From Macrostomum hystrix (taxonomy: Eukaryota; Animalia; Platyhelminthes): a stretch of 64,000 nt of DNA. The notes under the pieces are model-generated. The model made no database searches. It saw only the letters and a list, made by a program, of their open reading frames with translations, and had not been told where the DNA came from. Shown piece after piece: positions 12,922 through 21,542 of this stretch (position 1 is the first letter of the stretch; each line of letters begins with the position of its first letter). The stretch is taken from contig CATNEN010000001.1 of NCBI GenBank assembly GCA_950097015.1, positions 17,236,001 to 17,300,000 of the forward strand, written 5' to 3'. A program made the translations under genes and the position numbers.

Positions 12922-13533
12922 CAGCGTCGCCGACTGGCGGTTGGGCAGCGTCGCCGACTGGCGGCTGGGCAGCGTCGCCAACTGGCGGCTGGGCAGCATC
13001 GCCGACTGGCGGCTGGGCAGCGTCGCCGACTGGCGGCTGGGCAGCGTCGCCGACTGGCGGCTGGGCAACGTCGCCGACTGGCGGCTGGGCAGCGTCGCCG
13101 ACTGGCGGTTGGGCAGCGACTGGCGGTTGGGCAGCGACTGGCGGTTGGGCAGCGACTGGCGGTTGGGCAGTGACTGGCGGTTGGGCAGCGACTGGCGGTT
13201 GGGCAGCGACTGGCGGTTGGGCAGCGACTGGCGGTTGGGCAGCGACTGGCGGTTGGGCAGCGACTGGCGGTTGGGCAGCTACTGGCGGTTGGGCAGCGAC
13301 TGGCGGTTGGGCAGCGACTGGCGGTTGGGCAGCGACTGGCGGTTGGGCAGCGACTGGCGGTTGGGCAGCGACTGGCGGTTGGGCAGCGACTGGCGGTTGG
13401 GCAGCGACTGGCGGTTGGGCAGCGACTGGCAGTTGGGCAGCGACTGGCGGTTGGGCAGCGACTGGCGGTTGGGCAGCGACTGGCGGTTGGGCAGCGTTGC
13501 CGACTGGCGGCTGGTCAGCGTCGCCAACTGGGC
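12922..13533. repeat. GC-rich compound minisatellite: 24-bp (CAGCGTCGCCGACTGGCGGYTGGG) and 18-bp (CAGCGACTGGCGGTTGGG) units
   Basis: About 8 x 24-mer, about 21 x 18-mer, then 24-mers again. The 18-mer is the 24-mer minus 6 bp. Confidence 0.95.
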
Positions 13534-13611
13534 ACGGTCGAGCCGATAGGCGGGTCATAATCTTGTTTGCCTGTGCATAGATTTTTCCTGCTATTTCTGG
13601 GACACCCTACG

Positions 13612-13660
13612 TAACATTCATTCTTTCATTCATTCATTCATTCATTCATCATTCCTTCTT
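13612..13660. repeat. (TTCA)n microsatellite
   Basis: Directly visible. Confidence 0.85.
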
Positions 13661-15486
13661 TAGCTTTTGGATAACTTCGAGTTGCATCCGCTGCAACTCG
13701 AAGAAGGCATCCTGAATGAAAGGAGATAAAAACATTTTTTACCTTTTATTTCAATTATGAAGACTAAGACGCTCAAAGTAGACAACAATATATAGAAGTG
13801 TAAATAGCTACTAAAAACCTTTTGGACTGCAATATGTGCACGTATCTAAAGTCCCGGACTAAAGTCTAAAGTCTAAATTTTAGTCACTAACTGACATAAT
13901 CATCTTGGGATTGGGGTAGTCTATAGGTATATTTTAGGGACAGTATTTCTATGGTCCAATAGTAAAAAACGGTTTAATATCATAAACCTCACCAGCTGGC
14001 TATGCTTGGCGCGCCATTTCCGGCCACCTCGACGCTGCTGTTGCCGCTACCGCTGCTGCCGTTGCTGTTGCCACTGCTGCTGCTGCCACTGCTGCCGCCA
14101 CTGCTGCTGCTGCCGCTGCTGCCACTGCTGCTGCTGCTGCTGCTGCTGCTGCCACTGCTGCTGCTGCAGCTGCTGCTGTTGCCGCTGCCAAGGCCTAGGT
14201 GGCCAAGGTGGCCTTTGGCTCTGTTTTTTGTGGAATGGAGTATAGTTATGGAATTGTGAATTTTTATTTTTAAAAAATGAAATGAAATGAAATAAGGTGT
14301 TTTAATCACATTAAATAGTTAAATAATGTTAAATAATACGATTAGTTCGTGATATTTCATGCAGTGACGCGATCAGTGGCTTCTGTGGCCTCGGCTACAA
14401 AAGTGTGAAGTACACAAATGCACACTGGTGCATAATTGGATCATTCACGAGAGTAAGTGCATAAAGTGAGTTGTGATGGTTGCTTGTTTTGTGCTGTTGC
14501 TGTTAATGTTACTTCCGTGCTGTGCTTGCGCTGTACGTCTTTTGTAGACACTAAAATATGAAGAGTTACTTACATGTAGAACAACGAATTGCTTAAGCTA
14601 GCTATGTTAATCGATAGTTGTCTACTGTTGCAAATTACTAAGCATACAAGAGACAGCAGACAGTATAATTATAAAAAACCTGCGCCGTCATTACTAAAAA
14701 AATGTTTTATGAACAAATTCGCAATTGTTTTTTAAACGGGAAAAAGAATTGCGAAGTGGCTGCATTGTATGAGCGAAATCAGAAATAGCGATTTCAAGTT
14801 CCAGTGTGCGTTAGCTATAATTTCTGGAAAACAAATCATTTTACGTGCATGATGACGTTATTGATGTTAAATAGTGAAATAATATTAAATTTAATTAGGC
14901 TTTTAAAATCAGATCCTCACACGCTATTTCATATCCTCAGACAGTATTTCTGAAATTTAAAACAATGAGATTTAAAGTGAAAAAGTTTCTGCTGAAAGTC
15001 ACTAGGCTGAAATTCGCGCCCTGGCCTTATTATTAGCCGATTCAAGCAAAATTAATGAATTTCGCTTTTGGGAACTTTTTAAATCGGCAAACATTTCGCG
15101 CGCACTATTCACTTCACTGACCACAACTTGCGCATAAGTGCGCTGCGGCTGCTGCTGTTGCTGTTGCGGCTGCTGCTGCTGTTGCCGCTGTTGCTGTTGC
15201 GGCTGCTGCTGCTGTTGCCGCTGCTGCTGTTGCTGTTGTGGCTGCGGCTGCTGTTGCTGTTGCGGCTGCTGCTGCTGTTGCCGCTGCTGCTGTTGCTGTT
15301 GCGGCTGCGGCTGCTGTTGCGGCTGCTGTTGCTGCTGCTGCGGCTGCTGTTGCGGCTGCTGTTGCTGCTGCTGTTGCCGCTGCTGCTGCCGCGTCTGCGG
15401 CGTCTGCTGCTGCCGCTGTTGCTGCTGCTGCTGTTGTGGCTGCTTTTTTCTTTCTTTCTTTCTTTCTTCTTCAGACCGCGCCCAAG

Positions 15487-17065
15487 TCAGAACAGCGGTT
15501 CTGATAGGGGCGGGGGCGGCCAGCGCCCCATGCTCCGCAGGAGGGAAATGGCCTTGTCGGGCTGGCGCAGGAGCTCCTGGTGGTCCGTGCCAACCAGGGC
15601 AAGGCGCTTTGCGTCGCCCCGAGGGCAGTAGAATATGGCGTGTTGCGGCGTGTCCACGGCTCCGCAGTCGGCGCAGAGTTCGTGTTCCGCGAGGCCGAAG
15701 CGGTGCAGCGTCTCGCGGCAGAGGGTTGTCGCGTTCGCACGCAGTTGGTTAGCAAACACGGTTTCAGCACGGTTGCGAGCATCCCCGAAGGTCGGCCAGG
15801 TGGCGCTAGGGAGGCTGCGCGCGTCAAGCCTTTGCCGCTCTCGTCGAATGGCGGCTTTAGCCGTGTCCAGCGGGATGCCTACGTCGAATTGCCCGAGGAG
15901 TACCGCCTCGTTTGCCAGCCCGTCCGCGACCTCGTTGAGCTCGAGACCGCAGTGGGCTGGCACCCAGCACAGTTCGACCCTTCTCGAGGTGCGGAGGAGA
16001 TGGTGCCAGCAGGAGCGGCCGAGATCTGTCCGCTGCAGCAGGGGGCCAGCTTGGAGGGCCTGCAGAGCGCTGAGGCTGTCCGAGTGCACTCGTGCAGTTG
16101 CCCCTAGCTCTGGCGGCAGGTCGGCGATGGTGGAGAGGGCCTCACGGAGGGCGCAGAGCTCGGCCTGGAAGCTGCTGCATAGTTGCCCCGCAGCGGTGCG
16201 GCGTATGAGGCTCTGGGTCCGGCTGATAACGACGGCGGCGCCCCCGCCCGGGCCGGTGCCGTCCCGCACCGATCCGTCGGTCCAGGCCTCGATGTCGGTC
16301 GGTTGGCGGTCTGCAAGGGCCCGACGCGCTGCCTCCGCCCGGGCCTCCGGTCCGTCGGACCGGGTGGCTGCTCTGGCGACGTCCAGGTCGAAGGTGACGT
16401 GGTCATTCCGGGCGTCCCAGGGTGCACACCCCAGCTGCGTGTCGATGCGAGGGAGGCCGTCCAGGACCTGGCATACGTCGAGCTCGGTGGCTGCGCGGCG
16501 CCAGCAGCCTCGGAATGGGCGCGTGAGGTCGCGCACGTCGACTAGGGCCCCCGACGTGTAGGCGGTAGTGTCCGCACCGCGCTCAGCTTGATTGCGGAGG
16601 TAGGCCTCATGGCAGCGGCTTTTAAGTCGGGGCTGGGTGTCGCGGCTAAGGCTGATGCGGGCTGGCGTATCGGCGGGGAGGCGTAGGACCCTCTCGCGCA
16701 GGCAGGCGGCCCTTTCGGTGACCAGGTGGCTGAACGGCGTTAGGTCAGCCAGCTTGAGGACTGCTCTAGAATCCGATGGGAGGATGCAGCCCGTGATGGC
16801 CCGGGCGCAGGCCAGCTGCTGGCGCTCGATGGCGAGGCGTGTGGACGGCGCAGCGCCTGCAGCCCAGACTGCACATCCGTACTCAGCGACCGGGCGGATT
16901 GTGCTGACGTACGCGGTGCGTAGGGTACGCATGTCTGCCCCGGTTGTGCGGTGGCTAATCGCGACCAGGGCTCGGCGGCGGCTGGCCATTCGGCTCTTGA
17001 CGGCGGCTGCGTGTCGGCCGAAGGTGAGCTGATCGTCGAGCTTGACGCCCAGGAAGGTGGGGGCG
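15487..17065 (-). CDS. Remnant ORF of Ingi-like element: RT thumb/connection, RNase H, C-terminal CX2CX7HX4C
   Basis: RNase H motifs WTDGS, SSFQAEL, HSDSLSAL and WVPAHCGLELNEVAD are all intact. Zinc knuckle CADCGAVDTPQHAIFYC. No stops over about 520 aa. The RT catalytic core is absent. Confidence 0.85.
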
Positions 17066-17069
17066 ACGG

Positions 17070-17440
17070 CGACGGCGTGCGGCGACGCAGTACCCTTCCG
17101 GTGGGTGGTAGGTTTGCCCCGGCTTGAGCTTGGTTTCCTGCAGGAGAGCCGCTGCTGGTTTGTGACGGTGGAGCCACGCGGCCAACTCCGTGGAACGGGC
17201 TTTGATGCCGTTGCAGTTGAACTGCAGAACACGAAGTAGATGGCCGGGCTCCTCCCCGTCACTGGGTCGCTGGCGGCAGTGGGGGCGGCGGCGCCGTGGG
17301 CGGCGGCGGCTGGCTTGTGGCGCCTCGCCACCGCGAAGGCGCAGCACGAGGTGCAATTCGTCCCCCTCGGCAGGTAATGTTAATGGAAGTGTCCGGTATT
17401 TGTTGCGGAGGCTTGTCTGAGTGGTAGAGCAATTAGTCAT
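17070..17440 (-). CDS. 5' ORF fragment of Ingi-like element: short leader, ubiquitin C-terminal motif LHLVLRLRGG, AP-endonuclease N-terminus
   Basis: First ATG is at 17440, inside the ribozyme. LHLVLRLRGG lies at 17327-17356. APE motifs QFNCNG and LQETKL follow in frame, truncated by the internal deletion. Confidence 0.75.
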
Positions 17441-17496
17441 CTGGAGCTTGCTCCAGTTGTTCAGGGACCCGGCGTGAACGGTGCTCCTTTGTCCCC
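17426..17496 (-). ncRNA. HDV-like self-cleaving ribozyme at the element 5' end
   Basis: Minus strand reads GGGGAC AAA GGAGCA CCG TTCACGC CGG GTCCCT GA ACAA CTGGAGC AA GCTCCAG ATGACTAAT TGCTCT. P1 GGGGAC/GTCCCT has a G-U first pair, P2 is GGAGCA/TGCTCT, P3 is CCG/CGG, P1.1 is TC/GA, P4 is CTGGAGC/GCTCCAG, and J4/2 contains CTAA. The first G abuts the TSD. Confidence 0.88.
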
Positions 17497-17735
17497 GTTG
17501 TGGCTGCTGCTGCTGTTGCTGCTGCTGCTGTTGCTGCTGCTGCTGTTGCTGCTGTTGCTGCTGCTGCTGTTGCCGCTGCTGCTGCCGCGTCTGCGGCGTC
17601 TGCGGCTGCCGTTGCTGCCGCTCCTCCTCCTCCGCCAAAACAAGAGAGTTCCAACTAACTCTCTTCTTTTTTTGGCGAAGGAGGAGGAGGGCCCATAGGT
17701 CGCCTTTTAACCATTTTTAAATGAAAAGAAAGCCA

Positions 17736-17923
17736 ATGCCAAATGCTGAAGAAATGCCAAATAGAAATTAGTCTGCCAAATGCCGAAGAAATGCCATATA
17801 GAAATTAGTCTGCCAAATGCCGAAGAAATGCCAAATAGAAATTAGTCTGCCAAATGCCGAAGAAATGCCAAATAGAAATTAGTCTGCCAAATGCCGAAGA
17901 AATGCCAAATAGAAATTAGTCTG
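17736..17923. repeat. 37-bp tandem repeat (ATGCCAAATAGAAATTAGTCTGCCAAATGCCGAAGAA), about 5 copies
   Basis: Directly visible, period 37. Confidence 0.9.
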
Positions 17924-18683
17924 CGAGATGTCGCTGCAACAGATAAAATATTGTAGCAATAACAGACAGCTGATTTTAGAATTTTAGAGTTCTAAACCTA
18001 GCCACCCAACTCCCCACCTAGCCACCCAATTCCCAACCTAGCCACCCCTCATCTCATCTCAACAAAGTTGCTATTTGGCAAATTCAGAAAGCAACAAGGA
18101 GAAAATAGTGTTTTTTTCAAGAAGCCTACGAATTATAAGATTTACTTATTGAAACACATGCAATCGTTGCAAACAAATTTTAATGTAAAAACATGGCACA
18201 AAAAATTGATGCTTTGAAATCAGAAACAATGATATAGTAAGGTGAGCTATACAGTGACGCAAAATACTCTAAAATAAGCTAATTACAATACATTAGATGA
18301 TACATGATACAAGATTAAAGAAACTGATACAAGATATAATATAAAAGATACATGATTCAAGATACAAGATAAAATTTATTAGAAATATTAGAAATGATGA
18401 AATTGGGCGCCATTTAAGACTGGCTTTATACGGGACGGTATCGGGCACATTTCGTAAGCTACTTATTTATTAAAACTCGTTCGCCACAAATGGAAAACAA
18501 CTTTTCTACTAGATCTTGATGTGACTCTTATTCGCCACTAATTGTTTTAAGCAGATTTGTTACTTATAACTTGGTCTGGTCGTTCAAAAAACCAACTTCG
18601 GCTTATAACGGGTTTATGAGCGGTTTATAAGCCCCTACGATAAGAGATTCATACGAAAGCTTTCGCCGTTTTAAAATTCTGGT

Positions 18684-21237
18684 TGTTGTTAAGAGGTTTG
18701 GTTCTAAGACCCGCGGGTCAGCCCTGGGAGGGGCTCTTCCGCTGTAGGTACTGTATATTTATTGGATACGATTGACGAAAAATATTTTACACGATAAAAA
18801 AAAACGAATGGAAAATATTTTTTGGTATATTGAGTGCGCATGATTGGGATAAAAAATGGGTCCTCACAAAGATTAGGACATCAGGATAAAAGAGGAAATC
18901 TAAGACAAGCGCATAGTACATATGAATTTGCAAAGCCTAGCCAACCCCCAAATTGGTTAGGGTATCGCATTTTCGCATTTGTAATTTAGCAGAAAGATTA
19001 GAGCTTAGTAATTAGATTAATAGCTTTTGGCGCATCGCAAGGGGAGCAGCCTAGGTGAGTTATAGGTAGATTGAGATTGTAGTGCGTTTTTTCGCATTGG
19101 AGGGTTACAGAAAAATTGATGGAAAAATTTATTTGAGAGTTTGTAGCTAGATTGGTAGTCCTGGCGCATCACACACAAGGGGAGCAGCCTAGGGTTTACA
19201 TTGGTAAATTGGTTTGACAGATTTACATTGGTAAATTGGTTTGACAGAAGAATTGATGGGAAAAAAAGCTAGATTGATAGTCCTGGCGCATCACACACAA
19301 GGGGAGCAGCCTAGGGTTTACATTGGTGAATTGGTTTGTTTTGGTTTGTGTCCGCAAAAAACGACTCCGTATCGGAGGGCATAGGGCATTGCAAATTTTT
19401 AGTAAAATAATCTAATGATCATTGAATTCTTAAAGTGATGCGAATTGGACTGGCAGGGCCTTGCAATGCTGAGCCAATACTGTCCCGTGCCCATAAACTA
19501 GCCTGAACCCTAAAAAAATTGTACTTTACCTTTCCAGTTCCGGCCCATTGTTAGGTAAACTGTCAGACACCCACCACCCCGCCTAATTTCTATAGCCTAC
19601 TCTTGCCAAAAAAATATGACCCCCCAGCGGTTCTAAGCCTATTCAATTTCTATCTATATCACTTAGAGAACATCCTCCCCTGCCCTCTAAAGTGACAGTG
19701 ACAACTGCCCTTTATACCAAATTATGCTTCAGCCAAATAATAAATCAACAAGCCCAAGCCCATACGCCCACCCCAATCTAGTTCAAGCTTGAAATCTTCG
19801 TAACTCAAACCTAGAAAACACTTCTCACCCCAATATCACCTACTTGCAGTAAGCTGGTAAGAAACTTGCCAAATGACCCAAAGGAATACCTGGATGGCTT
19901 AGTGTCTAGTGCCGGGACTTGTTATTTTTTCCACTTTTTTGCCAAACTAAAGAGCAAGCACAACATGAGATAAACTGCTGCATATGTTGGGTGCTGGAGA
20001 TTGTTTTTTGGTTGCTGTTGCAGCAACAGCTGCCTCTTTTAGTTTGTCCTGCCTGGACCCCTGGGCGCTGGTGTAGCAGCAGCTATTCTCCTCTCCAGGA
20101 TTTCCCAGAGGTGATGTAGAACAGGCATTCTGGACCCCGGTTTTATCCTAATCGGATCAGGGCGCCTGTCTAGGGTGTGGATTTTAGCCTTGCAGGCTTT
20201 AAGGAGCCAGCGGGTCCCCAGATCATCAATCCTGTTCGCTACCAGGGGCATCTGGGCATGCTCATGCAAGTAGCTGGTGGAGATGTAGGATGGGATCCCA
20301 TAGAAGATTCTGAGGGCAATGTTTTGAATTTTCTGAAGGTCACTCTTGTTTCCCGGGCTTAGGATTGTTAGAATGGGTGCTCCATATGTCATGGTGCTCT
20401 CCACGTAAGCCCGGTATAGCATTTTCAGAGCGTCGCTCTTCAGATTGGTCTTTTTTGCAATCTTGCTAAGGCACATCACCTGCGCTCTGCAAGTGTTGAT
20501 TTGTGATTTTACGTGTTCATTAAGTCTCAGGTTAGTGTCCAGCTTTATGCCCAGGAACTTAACTACATCACAGTTTTGTATTTGCACAGTTCCCAGGTGG
20601 AGTTGGGGCCGTTTGTCCTGGCACCCTACCCTGGGTTTGTTGCAATTGAAGGTTATGGCCTGGCTTTTTCCGGCATTGATTTTGATGCCCTGCACGCCGC
20701 ACCATTTATGGACTTCATCCAGGTAGCGCTGCAGGTTTTTCCTGAGCTTAACGAAACCTTCCGCCGACGCCCAGATTGCCATGTCGTCGGCGAACTGGCT
20801 TCGTTCTACTCCAGGTGTTTTTGGGGTTGGCATGGTGCTCACAAAGAGCAGATAGAGGAGTGGGCTGATAACTCCACCCTGGGGGACGCCAGCCTTGAGT
20901 TTAAACGACTGGCTGAGGGCTAAGTTAACCCTCACTAGGACCAACCTGTCCCGAAGGTAGCTGGAGCAGATACTAAGAACCCGCCCCGGGAGGTTTGCCT
21001 GGATCATTTGGTACCGCAGTGCGTCCTGCCAGACGGAGTCAAAGGCTGCTTCGACATCTAGCAGGACTGCGGATAATTTCTTTTTCTTGTGTTTGGCCAC
21101 CATGATATTCTGCACCAAGCGGCACAGATTATCATAAGTGGAGTGATTTTTCCTGTAGGCGCATTGATCTGCACCCAGTGCGCCCGTGGATTCCAGGTGG
21201 CTTTTTAGCCTCCGCGCAATGATTTTTTCAAAAATTC
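18684..21237 (-). mobile_element. 5'-truncated LINE (Jockey/I-group-like RT) with about 1.35-kb 3' UTR
   Basis: 12-bp TSD TAAAATTCTGGT at 18672-18683 and 21238-21249. Short (ACA)n 3' tail. RT homology begins exactly at the right TSD. Confidence 0.85.
20039..21237 (-). CDS. Non-LTR reverse transcriptase, C-terminal fragment (5'-truncated)
   Basis: Motifs IFEKII, DQCAYRKNHST, LDVEAAFDSV, GVPQGGVISPLLY, QFADD, FLGIKLD. No internal stops, and no RNase H. Confidence 0.93.
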
Positions 21238-21542
21238 TAAAATTCTGGTAGAACACAACTATATACATATAAAGCATATTTTTTATCTATTTCTGTTGCA
21301 AGATAAATTTTCTGGGCCAAGCAAAATGTGTATATCTTAACAACAAATCTTACTTTCTTTTCGCCAATGACCAAAACAGTAGTCGATAGTTTCGCCGTTT
21401 TAAAAATATGAAAAAGCGAGGCTTTTGATGGATTTTTATTGCATTCACTTTTTCGCCAGCTTTTATTATCATATTTCTGAACATTTATTGGACAAACCTG
21501 AGTGCGCATTTCTAATTACTGCGTTGAATAGCACATAGCAAT

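Larger units (their letters stand above)
15445..17496 (-). mobile_element. Internally deleted, non-autonomous Ingi/I-group non-LTR retrotransposon (2052 bp)
   Basis: 12-bp TSD GTTGTGGCTGCT at 15433-15444 and 17497-17508. 3' tail (GAA)(GAAA)n plus A-run. 5' HDV-like ribozyme. The APE N-terminus (LRVLQFNCNGI...LLQETKL) joins at about 17070 to the post-RT region (PTFLGVKLDDQLTF), RNase H and a CCHC knuckle. Confidence 0.9.
13994..17640 (-). pseudogene. Candidate polyglutamine gene (segments about 17497-17640, 15122-15432, 13994-14220) disrupted by the Ingi-like insertion
   Basis: CAG/CAA tracts on both sides of the insertion rejoin in frame when one TSD is removed (QTPQTRQQQR on both sides). 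The frame ends PQRTYAQVV at a phase-0 GTCAGT donor. A downstream CAG tract has an AAACAG acceptor and GTGAG donor in the same phase. Could instead be non-coding trinucleotide repeats. Confidence 0.4.

Noticed and set aside
15471-17420. Overlapping plus-strand and alternate-frame ORFs within the Ingi-like element, including the GTG start at 17331
   Set aside because: Shadow ORFs of very GC-rich coding DNA. The N-terminal 85 aa or so of the 614-aa ORF are an off-frame reading of the APE fragment.
17327-17440. A ubiquitin gene
   Set aside because: Only the last 10 residues match, and the upstream leader has no ubiquitin similarity.
18297-18380. GATACAA-type repeats with minus-strand AATAAA as the 3' end of the RT-bearing LINE
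   Set aside because: The LINE's TSD places its end at 18684. This is at most the tail of a different, unidentifiable element.
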